Of a stretch of DNA of 64,000 nt, positions 39,270-49,549 are shown one piece after another. Position 1 is the stretch's first letter. The number at the start of each line of letters is the position of its first letter. The position numbers and the translations under genes were made by a program. The notes under the pieces are model-generated. The model saw nothing but the letters and a program-made list of their open reading frames with translations. It was not told where the DNA came from and did no database searches. Source of the DNA: a virus; IMG/VR virus record IMGVR_UViG_3300023174_000061, one strand, 5' to 3'.

Positions 39270-41761
39270 GATTTTATACCAACGTCTATGAAAAATTTAA
39301 TAAAATGTTGGTTCGTGGTTATGAAGACGGTAGGTATTTTCAGTCAGAGGAAGAGTTTCAACCAACTCTTTATGTGACTTCAAAAAAACAAAGTAAGTAT
39401 AAAACTCTTGATGGATTAAGTGTTGAACCAATTCAACCTGGAAAGATTTCTGATTGTAAGGAGTTTTTAAAGAAATATGAAAATGTAGAAGGATTTACTG
39501 TTTATGGTAATGATAATTATAAAGCACAATATATTTCCCAAACATATCCAGAAGACGAAATTAAGTTTGATATTAAGAAAATTCGTCTTGTAACAATTGA
39601 TATTGAGGTTGCATCAGAAAATGGATTTCCAAATGTATTTGATTGTGCCGAAGAACTTCTAGCAATCACATTACAAAATTATGCAACAAAGCATATTATT
39701 TGTTTTGCATCTCGTCCTTATATCAATACTCGTAAGGATGTTGTGTATGTTGAATGTAGGGATGAAATTGATTTGATTAAACACTTTCTCGCATTTTGGG
39801 AAAGGGAAACTCCTGATGTGATTACAGGTTGGAACTGTGAGTTGTATGATATTCCTTACATTGCTGGAAGAATTGATAGAATTCTCGGTGAAAAGGAAGC
39901 ACGTCGTCTTTCTCCTTGGGGAAATATTCGCAGAAAAGAACTTGTAATTAAAGGAAGAGAACAAATCTCTTATGAAGTTGCTGGGGTTTCTGTGATTGAT
40001 TATCTTGACCTTTATAAGAAATTTACTTACAAGGCACAGGAATCTTATCGTCTGGACCATATTGCGAATGTGGAATTGGGTCAAAAGAAATTGGACCACT
40101 CTGAGTTTGAGACTTTTAAAGATTTTTATACAAAAGATTGGCAGAAGTTTATTGATTATAATATTCGAGACGTAGAACTTGTAGACCAATTGGAAGACAA
40201 GATGAAACTCATCGAATTATGTTTTACAATGGCTTATGATGCAAAAATAAATTTTAATGATGTATTCTTTCAGGTAAGAACTTGGGATGCAATCATTTAT
40301 AATTACTTAAAGAAAAGGAATATTGTTATTCCCCCTAAAGATCGTTCAGAGAAGAGTGATAAATTTGCTGGTGCTTATGTAAAAGAACCAAAACCTGGAA
40401 AGTATGATTATGTAGTAAGTTTCGATTTGAACTCACTTTATCCGCATTTAATTATGCAATATAATATCTCACCAGAAACTTTGATTGATACAAGACATCC
40501 AAGTGCAACAGTAGATAAAATTCTCAATAAAGAATTGGATCTTTCTGATTATAAAGACTATGCAGTATGTCCGAATGGTGCGATGTATCGTAAAGACGTT
40601 CGTGGTTTTCTTCCAGAACTAATGGAGAAAATGTACAATGACCGTGTAATCTTCAAGAAAAAGATGTTGGAGGCAAAACAGCAATACGAAAAGACCAAGA
40701 CGAAAGAATTGGAAAGAGAAATTTCTAGATGCAACAATATCCAAATGGCAAAAAAGATTTCTCTGAATAGTGCTTATGGTGCTATCGGCAATCAGTATTT
40801 CAGGTATTATAAACTAGCAAATGCTGAAGCAATCACAATGTCTGGACAAGTTTCCATTCGTTGGATTGAATGTAAAATGAATTCATACCTAAACAAAATT
40901 CTTAAAACAAATGATGTTGATTATGTTATTGCTTCAGATACTGATTCCATTTATCTTAATATGGGTCCTTTTGTCGAAACTGTATACAAGGGAAGAGAAA
41001 AAACTACTGAGGAAATTGTTGGGTTCCTTGATAAGGTCTGTGCGATGGAATTTGAAAAATATATTGAGAGTTCTTACCAAGAACTGGCGGACTATGTAAA
41101 TGCATACGACCAGAAGATGCAGATGAAACGGGAGAATATTGCTGATCGTGGAATCTGGACTGCTAAGAAACGTTATATCTTGAATGTTTGGGATAGTGAA
41201 GGTGTTAGGTATGATGAACCTAAATTAAAAATTATGGGATTAGAAGCAGTTAAATCTTCTACTCCTGCTCCTTGTCGTCAAAAGATTAAGGATGCTCTTA
41301 AAATTGTGATGACTAAAACAGAAGATGAAATGATTTCTTTTATAGATAATTTCCGTAAAGCATTCAATCAACTTCCCCCAGAAGAAATTTCATTTCCACG
41401 TTCAATTAATGATGTGGACAAGCATAAATCGTCATCAACTCTGTATAGTAAAGGAACTCCCATTCACGCAAGAGGAGCAATTCTTTATAATCATCTAATT
41501 AAAGAAAAAAAATTAGATAAGAAGTATGCAAAAATTCAAAATGGTGAGAAGATTAAATTTTGTTATTTAAAACTTCCAAATCCAATTCGTGAAAATGTTA
41601 TTTCTTATATTCAAGAATTTCCAAAAGAATTTGGACTAGACAAATACATTGATTATGACCTACAATTCAGTAAAGCATTTTTAGAACCAATGAAAGTAAT
41701 TTTGGATGCAATTAACTGGAAAGTAGAAAAAACAGTAAACCTTGAATCATTTTTTAGCTAA
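39266..41761 (+). CDS. gp43: Family B DNA polymerase gp43
   Basis: DIEV exonuclease motif, SFDLNSLYPH, KISLNSAYG, SDTDS; uninterrupted 831 aa. Confidence 0.98.
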   Translation: MRFYTNVYEKFNKMLVRGYEDGRYFQSEEEFQPTLYVTSKKQSKYKTLDGLSVEPIQPGKISDCKEFLKKYENVEGFTVYGNDNYKAQYISQTYPEDEIKFDIKKIRLVTIDIEVASENGFPNVFDCAEELLAITLQNYATKHIICFASRPYINTRKDVVYVECRDEIDLIKHFLAFWERETPDVITGWNCELYDIPYIAGRIDRILGEKEARRLSPWGNIRRKELVIKGREQISYEVAGVSVIDYLDLYKKFTYKAQESYRLDHIANVELGQKKLDHSEFETFKDFYTKDWQKFIDYNIRDVELVDQLEDKMKLIELCFTMAYDAKINFNDVFFQVRTWDAIIYNYLKKRNIVIPPKDRSEKSDKFAGAYVKEPKPGKYDYVVSFDLNSLYPHLIMQYNISPETLIDTRHPSATVDKILNKELDLSDYKDYAVCPNGAMYRKDVRGFLPELMEKMYNDRVIFKKKMLEAKQQYEKTKTKELEREISRCNNIQMAKKISLNSAYGAIGNQYFRYYKLANAEAITMSGQVSIRWIECKMNSYLNKILKTNDVDYVIASDTDSIYLNMGPFVETVYKGREKTTEEIVGFLDKVCAMEFEKYIESSYQELADYVNAYDQKMQMKRENIADRGIWTAKKRYILNVWDSEGVRYDEPKLKIMGLEAVKSSTPAPCRQKIKDALKIVMTKTEDEMISFIDNFRKAFNQLPPEEISFPRSINDVDKHKSSSTLYSKGTPIHARGAILYNHLIKEKKLDKKYAKIQNGEKIKFCYLKLPNPIRENVISYIQEFPKEFGLDKYIDYDLQFSKAFLEPMKVILDAINWKVEKTVNLESFFS

Positions 41762-41788
41762 TGGGTTTGCATATTAACAAAAACAGTA

Positions 41789-42340
41789 ATGGAGAAACAA
41801 ATGAAATTTTTATCATCTATTTTTAATAGATTAACTGCTTGGATGAGAAAAGATACTGATGTTATGGTTAGAAATGGTGATGGTTGGGGTGATGATGTCT
41901 TTTATCAAATTAAGATGGCATCACCTTCTCCTGAAGCAAAGACAACTGTTTATATTGATAAAAACACCAATATTATGAGTCCATACCCAGAAGTATCTGG
42001 AAGCACTACAGTTGGTGGTATTAGTATGGATATTGTTGCTGATATTGTTGATGGTATTAGCAACTGGGTAAATGATATGGACGTTTATGTTCGTATTCAG
42101 AGAGTTACCAGCAAAGGGGATAATGTAGGAAAAGCACTTCTTTTCTGTTTTACCAATCCTACCGTAGGATGCCCTTGGTTCTCTATTCAAAGGAGTGATG
42201 ATAGTTGGTATTATTTTGAAAAATCATTAGATGAAAATACTGGAGTTGGAGTTTTAGATGCTTTTGATGATGGAACTTCTCTCAGTATTACCAGGCAAGG
42301 TGATACGGATGTAAAAAATTGGAAAATTGACATTGGTTGA
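41789..42340 (+). CDS. Hypothetical protein inserted between gp43 and uvsX
   Basis: 183-aa ORF; GGAGA RBS before ATG 41801; no family recognised. Confidence 0.6.
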   Translation: MEKQMKFLSSIFNRLTAWMRKDTDVMVRNGDGWGDDVFYQIKMASPSPEAKTTVYIDKNTNIMSPYPEVSGSTTVGGISMDIVADIVDGISNWVNDMDVYVRIQRVTSKGDNVGKALLFCFTNPTVGCPWFSIQRSDDSWYYFEKSLDENTGVGVLDAFDDGTSLSITRQGDTDVKNWKIDIG

Positions 42341-42341
42341 T

Positions 42342-43346
42342 ATGGACTTTTTAAAAGATATTGTAAAAGAAATCGGTGGAGAATACACACAACTGGCATC
42401 AGACATTGACGAGACTGAAACTTATGTGGACACGGGTTCGTACATATTTAATGCTCTTGTATCTGGGAGTATCTTTGGTGGTGTATCTGGTAATAAAATC
42501 ACTGCAATCGCAGGTGAAAGTTCTACTGGAAAAACTTTCTTTAGTTTGGCAGTGGTCAAAAATTTTCTTGATAATAATCCTACTGGATACTGTTTGTATT
42601 TTGATACTGAAGCTGCAATCACCAGATCCTTATTGGAAAGCAGAGGCATTGACACAACTAGAGTGGTTGTCGTCAATGTGGTCACAGTTGAAGAGTTTCG
42701 TACCAAGGCACTAAAAGCAGTTGACCTTTACTTAAAGAAACCAGAAGGAGAACGCAATCCTTGTATGTTTGTTCTGGATTCTCTGGGAATGCTTTCAACC
42801 AGTAAGGAGATTAGTGATGCTCTGAATGATAAGGAAGTTAGGGATATGACCAAATCCCAACTCATTAAGGGTGCATTCCGTATGCTTACCTTGAAATTGG
42901 GTCAGGCAAACATTCCAATGATTGTGACTAATCACACTTATGATGTTATTGGTTCATATGTTCCAATGAAAGAAATGGGTGGTGGCAGTGGTTTAAAATA
43001 TGCAGCATCTTCTATCATCTATCTTTCCAAGAAGAAAGAAAAGGATGGGACTGATGTGATTGGTAATATTATCAAATGCAAAACTCAAAAATCACGTTTG
43101 AGTAAGGAGAATCAGGATGTGGAAGTTCGTCTTTATTATGATGAACGTGGTCTTGATAGGTATTATGGACTGCTTGAATTGGGAGAACTTGGTGGGATTT
43201 GGAAAAACGTCGCGGGACGTTATGAACTGGATGGAAAAAAAATCTATGCAAAACAAATCCTTGCAGAACCAGAAAAATACTTTACTCCAGAAGTAATGCA
43301 AGCACTTGACGAAATAGCAAAAAAAGAATTTAATTATGGTGTATGA
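42342..43346 (+). CDS. uvsX: RecA-like recombinase UvsX
   Basis: [35 protein letters not shown] motifs. Confidence 0.96.
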   Translation: MDFLKDIVKEIGGEYTQLASDIDETETYVDTGSYIFNALVSGSIFGGVSGNKITAIAGESSTGKTFFSLAVVKNFLDNNPTGYCLYFDTEAAITRSLLESRGIDTTRVVVVNVVTVEEFRTKALKAVDLYLKKPEGERNPCMFVLDSLGMLSTSKEISDALNDKEVRDMTKSQLIKGAFRMLTLKLGQANIPMIVTNHTYDVIGSYVPMKEMGGGSGLKYAASSIIYLSKKKEKDGTDVIGNIIKCKTQKSRLSKENQDVEVRLYYDERGLDRYYGLLELGELGGIWKNVAGRYELDGKKIYAKQILAEPEKYFTPEVMQALDEIAKKEFNYGV

Positions 43347-43888
43347 AAAACATTCGCATCATAAAAACTGGTGTTAATGTATCCAAGATACTAGAACAAC
43401 TTAAACAGTACCCAGAAGATTGGGGATCACAAAAAAAAATTGAAAGAACCGAACAACTTGACCCAACAAAATATACTGTTACGGTTGATGTTCTTCAATT
43501 GATAATGGGTGGAATAGAAAAGGATGGACAGTATGTTGGTGATACTGAAATTTGTATAAAAACACCAGCATATGAAAAGCACACAGAGGTTCTTAAATTC
43601 TTAAAAACATATTTTAAGAAAATACGTCGTTGTGCTTTTCTTTCTTTGCCTGTTGGTGAAATAGTAGGTTCTCATATTGATGAAGGGACTTATTATCTTA
43701 CGAAAGATAGATACCACCTTTCCATTCAGGGAAAATACAGGTATAGTGTAGGGGATGAAACTATGATTGTTGAACCAGGAACTTTCTTTTGGTTTAACAA
43801 TAAACTTCCCCATAGTGCTGAAAATATTGGTGATGAAGTTAGAATTACTTTTGTATTCGATGCTCCTCACCACAAACGAAATCCATAG
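43343..43888 (+). CDS. Aspartyl/asparaginyl beta-hydroxylase-like 2OG-Fe(II) oxygenase
   Basis: HxD (SHIDEG), [24 protein letters not shown] motifs. Confidence 0.8.
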   Translation: MKNIRIIKTGVNVSKILEQLKQYPEDWGSQKKIERTEQLDPTKYTVTVDVLQLIMGGIEKDGQYVGDTEICIKTPAYEKHTEVLKFLKTYFKKIRRCAFLSLPVGEIVGSHIDEGTYYLTKDRYHLSIQGKYRYSVGDETMIVEPGTFFWFNNKLPHSAENIGDEVRITFVFDAPHHKRNP

Positions 43889-43899
43889 TTAGAGGAGTA

Positions 43900-45276
43900 A
43901 TGGAAAAAGTCGAAACTACTATTTTGAGAAATTTACTTTTCAATAATGATTATTGTAGAAAAGTATTACCTTTTATTAAAAATGAATATTTTGAAAACCT
44001 TCACGAGAAAGTAGTTTTTGAAGAAATCTGTAAGTTTATTGTTGCCTATGAACAACTCGCAACAAAAGAAGTTCTTTTGATTGAAACAGAAAAAAGAACT
44101 GATATCACAGAGGATACTTATAAAATTATTTGTGATTATATTTCCAATCTTAATGATGACCCAGCAGATAAACAATGGTTAGTAGATACTACTGAAAAGT
44201 GGTGTAAAGACCGAGCAATCTATCTTGCTCTTATGGAAAGTATCAAAATTGCTGATGGACAAGACGAAAAGAAGTCTAGAGATTCCATTCCAACAATTTT
44301 ACAAGAAGCACTTGCTATTGGATTTGATAGCCACATTGGACACGATTACCTAAAAGATTACCAAGAACGATATGACTCTTATCACAGAAAAGAAGATAAA
44401 ATCTCATTTGATTTGGAATATTTTAACAAAATTACCAAAGGGGGTATCCCTAACAAAACTCTTAATATCGCACTTGCTGGTACGGGTGTCGGGAAATCTT
44501 TATTCATGTGCCATGTGGCTAGCTCCGTCTTGCTCCAAGGACGGAACGTATTGTATATTACGCTTGAAATGGCAGAAGAGAAAATTGCTGAACGAATTGA
44601 CGCAAACCTTTTGAATGTAAATATTAAAGATATCGAAACATTACCAAAAATGATGTTTGATACGAAAGTAAATAATATTGCGAAGAAGACACAAGGAACT
44701 TTGATTATCAAAGAGTATCCAACTGCTTCCGCACACGCAGGACACTTTAGGGCACTTCTAAATGAACTCTCTCTTAAGAAATCATTTAAACCTGATATTA
44801 TTTTCATTGACTACCTTAATATTTGTGGGTCCTCAAGGTATAAGAGTAATTTTTCAGTCAATTCTTACTCTTATGTTAAAGCAATTGCGGAAGAACTCCG
44901 TGGTCTCGCAGTTGAATCAAATGTCCCAATTGTTTCCGCTACCCAGACTACTCGTAGTGGTTTTTCTAGCTCTGATCCTGACCTTACTGATACTAGTGAA
45001 TCCTTTGGTCTTCCTGCTACTGCTGATCTTATGTTTGCCCTTATTAGCACAGAAGAGTTGGAAGGACTAGGACAGATTATGGTAAAACAATTGAAGAATA
45101 GATATAATGACCCAACTATGAATAAGAGATTTGTAGTTGGAATTGATAGAGCAAAAATGCGTCTTTATGATGTAGAACAAAGTGCTCAAAAAGATATACT
45201 TGACTCTGGACAAGAGGAAGAGTATACTTATGAAGAAGACAAAAAAACAGACAAATTCTCAGGATTTAAATTTTAA
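43900..45276 (+). CDS. gp41: Replicative helicase gp41
   Basis: LAGTGVGKS, ITLEMAEE, IDYLNIC, SATQTTR, SESFGLPATAD motifs. Confidence 0.97.
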   Translation: MEKVETTILRNLLFNNDYCRKVLPFIKNEYFENLHEKVVFEEICKFIVAYEQLATKEVLLIETEKRTDITEDTYKIICDYISNLNDDPADKQWLVDTTEKWCKDRAIYLALMESIKIADGQDEKKSRDSIPTILQEALAIGFDSHIGHDYLKDYQERYDSYHRKEDKISFDLEYFNKITKGGIPNKTLNIALAGTGVGKSLFMCHVASSVLLQGRNVLYITLEMAEEKIAERIDANLLNVNIKDIETLPKMMFDTKVNNIAKKTQGTLIIKEYPTASAHAGHFRALLNELSLKKSFKPDIIFIDYLNICGSSRYKSNFSVNSYSYVKAIAEELRGLAVESNVPIVSATQTTRSGFSSSDPDLTDTSESFGLPATADLMFALISTEELEGLGQIMVKQLKNRYNDPTMNKRFVVGIDRAKMRLYDVEQSAQKDILDSGQEEEYTYEEDKKTDKFSGFKF

Positions 45277-45281
45277 CTAAT

Positions 45282-45692
45282 ATGACTCAACGAATTGATT
45301 TTGGTAAATATCAAAACTTTGTAGATGCTGTTACGAGTGACGCATCCAAAGATTTTCTTGCTCTTTCTGACCGTATGGTAGAACTTGATGAGAAAGGTGC
45401 TAATATTGAAAGACTTTTGACTGCTGGTGTCGGCATTAATGCCGAAGGTGGTGAGTTTTTGGAAATCGTAAAGAAAATGCTATTTCAGGGTAAACCTTGG
45501 AACGATGAGACTCGCACTCACTTAATCAAGGAACTTGGTGATACTCTGTGGTATGTTGCCCAGGCTTGTATTGCTCTTGAAGTTTCTTTTGATGAAGTTA
45601 TTCAGACAAATATTGATAAACTAATGAAGCGTTATCCCGAAGGATTTTTTGACGCATACTATAGTGAAAATCGTGAAGATGGAGACATCTGA
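45282..45692 (+). CDS. mazG: MazG-like NTP pyrophosphohydrolase
   Basis: AEGGEFLEIVKK, KELGD.LWY, N..KL..RYP motifs. Confidence 0.9.
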   Translation: MTQRIDFGKYQNFVDAVTSDASKDFLALSDRMVELDEKGANIERLLTAGVGINAEGGEFLEIVKKMLFQGKPWNDETRTHLIKELGDTLWYVAQACIALEVSFDEVIQTNIDKLMKRYPEGFFDAYYSENREDGDI

Positions 45693-45847
45693 TGACTGAA
45701 ATAACCTGGCCTTATAATCACCGACACTCATCTGAACTCTGGGATATTTCTGCTGAGATTCTTACAGAACTTTCCCGAAGAGATGATGTCGTTTATAGAG
45801 TAAAAGCAACACCAGAATCGGTTAAGAAAAAGATAAAAAATTTGTAA
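45692..45847 (+). CDS. Small hypothetical protein (51 aa; below ORF-track cutoff)
   Basis: MTEITWPYNHRHSSELWDISAEILTELSRRDDVVYRVKATPESVKKKIKNL; TGATG overlap with mazG; GGAG RBS. Confidence 0.55.
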   Translation: MTEITWPYNHRHSSELWDISAEILTELSRRDDVVYRVKATPESVKKKIKNL

Positions 45848-45891
45848 AAAATATATCCCCTCTTTCTAAATACAAGAAAGAGGGATTTTTT

Positions 45892-46656
45892 ATGGCTAAT
45901 CCAGCACTAGCAGGAAAACAATATGAGATTGCCCTTAGGAATAAATTAAAATCAGTTTTTAAAAATATTCCAAAAAGTGCTGGATTTGGAAGTGGTCCAG
46001 ATTTAACTATACCTTCTGCTACTAATCCAGGGCAGGCACTTTTGGTTGAAGCAAAAACAACCACACAGTCTGACTTTGGACAGAAGGCAATAACTTTTAA
46101 TGGAACTTCTTGGGTAGCAAAATTTGATGGAACAGAACCACAATCAATAGTTAGTTTGTATAATTATCTTTATTCGCAATATGATGTAGATAGAAAAATA
46201 CAACAAGCTTGGGGATTACCAAATGATAAATTAACTGCGGTTGATTTGCAAAATGTTATCAATAATGATAGTCTTGGTAAAGTTTTATATTATGAAAAAC
46301 TTTTAACTGAAAAAACTGGAAGTTCAAATCCATTTCCTCAAACAACAATAGCATCTGGACCAGATGTTGTTTCTAAAATTATATTTTATTATAATAGTAA
46401 GGGTATTAATTATATACAGATAAAGAATGAAGGATTTTATATTCTTGGTAGTGATAAGATGGGTTTAAATTCAAAACTTCCAATTGATATACCAAGATTT
46501 GCTCCATCATCTGCTAGTTTAGTTATTAGGGGAAAAACAACTAATAGTAATGGAACATTTAGACCAACATTAACATTAAAGAGTGAAGGTGTTGCGAGAA
46601 GTAATTTTTCATTAGATGATGCTAATGATTTAAGATTACTTCATAGCAGTTTCTAG
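45892..46656 (+). CDS. PD-(D/E)XK restriction-endonuclease-like protein
   Basis: G..YE...R; GPDL...LLVEAKT catalytic pattern. Confidence 0.6.
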   Translation: MANPALAGKQYEIALRNKLKSVFKNIPKSAGFGSGPDLTIPSATNPGQALLVEAKTTTQSDFGQKAITFNGTSWVAKFDGTEPQSIVSLYNYLYSQYDVDRKIQQAWGLPNDKLTAVDLQNVINNDSLGKVLYYEKLLTEKTGSSNPFPQTTIASGPDVVSKIIFYYNSKGINYIQIKNEGFYILGSDKMGLNSKLPIDIPRFAPSSASLVIRGKTTNSNGTFRPTLTLKSEGVARSNFSLDDANDLRLLHSSF

Positions 46657-46684
46657 TGAATAAATAACTAAAAATACCATATAA

Positions 46685-47743
46685 ATGAAAAGTTTTGCTA
46701 GATTTATCAAAGAAGCAGTAGAAACACTTGCGTCTACTGAGGCAAAGACACGCGGACTTAAAGGAGACGGTCACGGTGATTGGTATGATAGTCAGGGAAA
46801 TCTTGTAGCAAAAACTGTAGGTGGAAAGTTAAAATATTTCGGTCAAGGTGGTGCTGATACTCAACAGCAACAAGGAGCAAAGAAACAAGCAGGAGCACAA
46901 CAGCAACAGGCAGCACCACAACAACAAGCAGCACAGCAACAGCAACCAGAAGCAGAGCAGGTCAATGGTGTTGCGATTGTGATTGGAAGATTTAATCCTC
47001 CATCTAAAAATCACGGAGCATTATTGAAAGCAGGATATTCGCAAGCAACTCGAAGAAAATTTGAGTTTAGAGTTTATCCAAGTCGTATTGAAGATGGAGC
47101 AACAAATCCACTTAATCCAGGATTAAAGATTTCTTATATACAATCAATGTTCCCAGAGTATGCGGAATATATTGTAGATAGTAATAAAACAAAAACTATT
47201 TTTGATGTTTTGGGTTCTGTGTATGATGATGGATATACTGATGTTGTAATTGTGACGGGACAAGATAGACTTGGAGAATTCCAAAGTTTAGTTCACAAAG
47301 GAGACGGACAACAATATCAGTTTAATAATATTGAGGTAGTCCCATCTGGTGTAAAGGACCCTGATAGTGATGTTGAAAGTCCTGGTTCTTCTGCGATGAT
47401 GAGAACAGCAGCAGCAACAGGAGATTATGAAAGATTTGCTACTGGACTTCCAACAAATATGGATACCGCAGAGAAACAGGAAATGTTTAATACCGTTTCT
47501 CGTTCAATGAAAGTAACTGAAGACACTGAGATTTGGAAGATTGCTCCAGAAATGGATTATGAGGGAATGCGATGGAATTATAAGAAGAATGGATTATTTG
47601 ATGTTGGTGCTTTGGTGGAAAATTTAAATAGTGGATTGGTTGGAAGAATTCTTCGTAGGGGAGCAAATCATTTAATTTGTGTAACAAAAGAAGGTGTGAT
47701 GTTTAAGAGTTGGTTGAAAGATGTTCGTGAACTTTACGAATAA
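46685..47743 (+). CDS. Cytidylyltransferase-like (HIGH-superfamily nucleotidyltransferase) with CTS-like N-terminus and poly-Q linker
   Basis: IGRFNPPSKNH (degenerate HxGH), V.G.DR..EF, SSA.MR.AA motifs; N-terminus MKSFARFIKEA. Confidence 0.75.
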   Translation: MKSFARFIKEAVETLASTEAKTRGLKGDGHGDWYDSQGNLVAKTVGGKLKYFGQGGADTQQQQGAKKQAGAQQQQAAPQQQAAQQQQPEAEQVNGVAIVIGRFNPPSKNHGALLKAGYSQATRRKFEFRVYPSRIEDGATNPLNPGLKISYIQSMFPEYAEYIVDSNKTKTIFDVLGSVYDDGYTDVVIVTGQDRLGEFQSLVHKGDGQQYQFNNIEVVPSGVKDPDSDVESPGSSAMMRTAAATGDYERFATGLPTNMDTAEKQEMFNTVSRSMKVTEDTEIWKIAPEMDYEGMRWNYKKNGLFDVGALVENLNSGLVGRILRRGANHLICVTKEGVMFKSWLKDVRELYE

Positions 47744-47778
47744 GATAAATACCAATAGGAAAAAAGTATCTAAGTAAA

Positions 47779-49248
47779 ATGAGACCTTGGAACGAAATTA
47801 TTACGGAAGCAAGAGATAGAAATAAAGAAAAGGCAGAAAGACAAAGAAGATTGGGAATTGCTAAAACCAATCTGAAAGGTTCTGCTGCTTTAAATAAAGG
47901 TAAAAAAACAAAAAAAGAAAAGTATGGACCTGGTGATCCTCATTTTGATTTAGCAAGAGATAGAGAAGATAGAAAAAAGAAACAACTTAAATTCTCTATA
48001 AAACAATCTAAAAAAAATGCGGAGGAAAAGAAAAAGAAGCAATTAGAGGATCTCAAAAATAAACCCAGACAAGCTGCAAGTGCTGCTCTTTCTGATGTTA
48101 AATCACAATCGATCTCATATAGAGATAGTGATGCGACTGCTTATACGAAGGCAGTTGGAAATGTAGCATCTCTTGCTGGTGGAATTGCGAAAGCAGGAAT
48201 TGGTTATGCTGTAGCAAGACACCAAGCAAAAAAAGCAGCAGCAGAAGCAGAAAAAAGTGATGGAGCAAGTAAAATACCAAAGAAGAAACCTAAAAAAAGT
48301 GGTCCTTTAGGTGGTAGACCTCCTGGTAGTCGTCCAACTGCTCCTGCTGGTGGTCCAACTCCTCCTGTTGGTGGTCCAACTCCTCCTGTTGGTGGTCTTG
48401 GAGTAAAACCAAGAAAGAGATTGGTCCCATCAACTAAAAGACTTCCACCTGCTGGTGGTGGTAAATCATTAGGACAACAAGCAAGAGAAAATCCAGAATT
48501 GAGAAAAAAATTAATCAATCAACGTAATGAAGAATATTCAAATTGGAAAGAAGAGTTTATTTTTGAAGTTGAAGATAAAACTGATAATAAAAAAGAAAAG
48601 AAAAAAATTATTGATGTAATGCCATCAAATAAAACAAATGGAGTTGAACTCAACCCAAATATGAAAGAGGAAAAGGACCAAGAAGGTGGAATGGCTCATA
48701 ATGAACTTGCTACAATGGAAAGAGCAGTCAAAACTCTTCGTAAAAAAATAAAATCTCCAAATCAACAACTTCCTGCTTGGGTTCAATCTAAAATCTCAAA
48801 AGCAGTAGACCATATTGATAGTGTTGCTGATTATATGTCTGGTGAAACTGAACCTGTTACAGAAGAATGTGGATGTGATGATGGTGAAAAAAAAGTTCTT
48901 GCAATGATGATTATTAAAAAAGCAGTGGATGCAAAGAAGAAAAAGAACTCTCAATTGAACTCGGGAATTATTGGTGAAGCAAAAACTGCTGCTTGGCAAC
49001 GTAAAGAAGGTAAAAATCCAGAAGGTGGATTAAATAAAGCAGGTATTGCTTCTTATCGTAGAGAAAATCCTGGTTCAAAACTTTCAATGGCGGTTACTAC
49101 AAAACCATCAAAACTTGACCCTGATAGCAAATCGGCAAAACGCAGAAAGTCTTTCTGTGCTCGTATGGGTGGAATGCCTGGTCCTATGAAAGATGAAAAA
49201 GGTCGTCCAACAAGAAAAGCATTATCTTTGAGGAAGTGGAATTGTTGA
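47779..49248 (+). CDS. Modular Lys/Pro-rich protein with C-terminal DUF6321-like module; putative capsid-internal polyprotein
   Basis: MRPWNEIITE|A start; AWVQSKISKA module; AAWQRKEGKNPEGGLN...RRKSFCARM...LRKWNC. Confidence 0.6.
   Translation: MRPWNEIITEARDRNKEKAERQRRLGIAKTNLKGSAALNKGKKTKKEKYGPGDPHFDLARDREDRKKKQLKFSIKQSKKNAEEKKKKQLEDLKNKPRQAASAALSDVKSQSISYRDSDATAYTKAVGNVASLAGGIAKAGIGYAVARHQAKKAAAEAEKSDGASKIPKKKPKKSGPLGGRPPGSRPTAPAGGPTPPVGGPTPPVGGLGVKPRKRLVPSTKRLPPAGGGKSLGQQARENPELRKKLINQRNEEYSNWKEEFIFEVEDKTDNKKEKKKIIDVMPSNKTNGVELNPNMKEEKDQEGGMAHNELATMERAVKTLRKKIKSPNQQLPAWVQSKISKAVDHIDSVADYMSGETEPVTEECGCDDGEKKVLAMMIIKKAVDAKKKKNSQLNSGIIGEAKTAAWQRKEGKNPEGGLNKAGIASYRRENPGSKLSMAVTTKPSKLDPDSKSAKRRKSFCARMGGMPGPMKDEKGRPTRKALSLRKWNC
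48334..48396 (+). repeat. 21-nt tandem repeat x3 encoding PT(A/P)P(A/V)GG
   Basis: CCAACTCCTCCTGTTGGTGGT x2 preceded by CCAACTGCTCCTGCTGGTGGT. Confidence 0.8.
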
Positions 49249-49281
49249 TAAATAACTAAAGACCATTATAAAGAGGTTATT

Positions 49282-49461
49282 ATGTCCGTTGTAATCGCAT
49301 GGGCACTTGCTAATCAGGCACTTATCGCAACTGTTCTCTTTGCAGTTTCGGAAGCACTTGGAGCAAACCCAAAAGTCAAATCCAATGGTATTCTTTCACT
49401 TATTCTTTTACAAGTGCAAGGACAACTAAAATCAAAAGGTGCAAAGGACTTAACACCTTAA
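49282..49461 (+). CDS. Small membrane protein, holin-like (59 aa; below ORF-track cutoff)
   Basis: MSVVIAWALANQALIATVLFAVSEALGANPKVKSNGILSLILLQ...; RBS GAGG; ATAAATA upstream. Confidence 0.55.
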   Translation: MSVVIAWALANQALIATVLFAVSEALGANPKVKSNGILSLILLQVQGQLKSKGAKDLTP

Positions 49462-49482
49462 TCAACTATATAATTAATATTT

Positions 49483-49510
49483 TAGGGGGAGTTTGATACT
49501 CCCCTATTTT
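49483..49510 (+). terminator. Intrinsic terminator, followed by late promoter TATAAATA (49511-49518)
   Basis: TAGGGGGAGT-loop-ACTCCCCTA followed by a T tract. Confidence 0.75.
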
Positions 49511-49549
49511 TATAAATAAATTTAGGAAAAAAAATTAACGAGAAATCAC

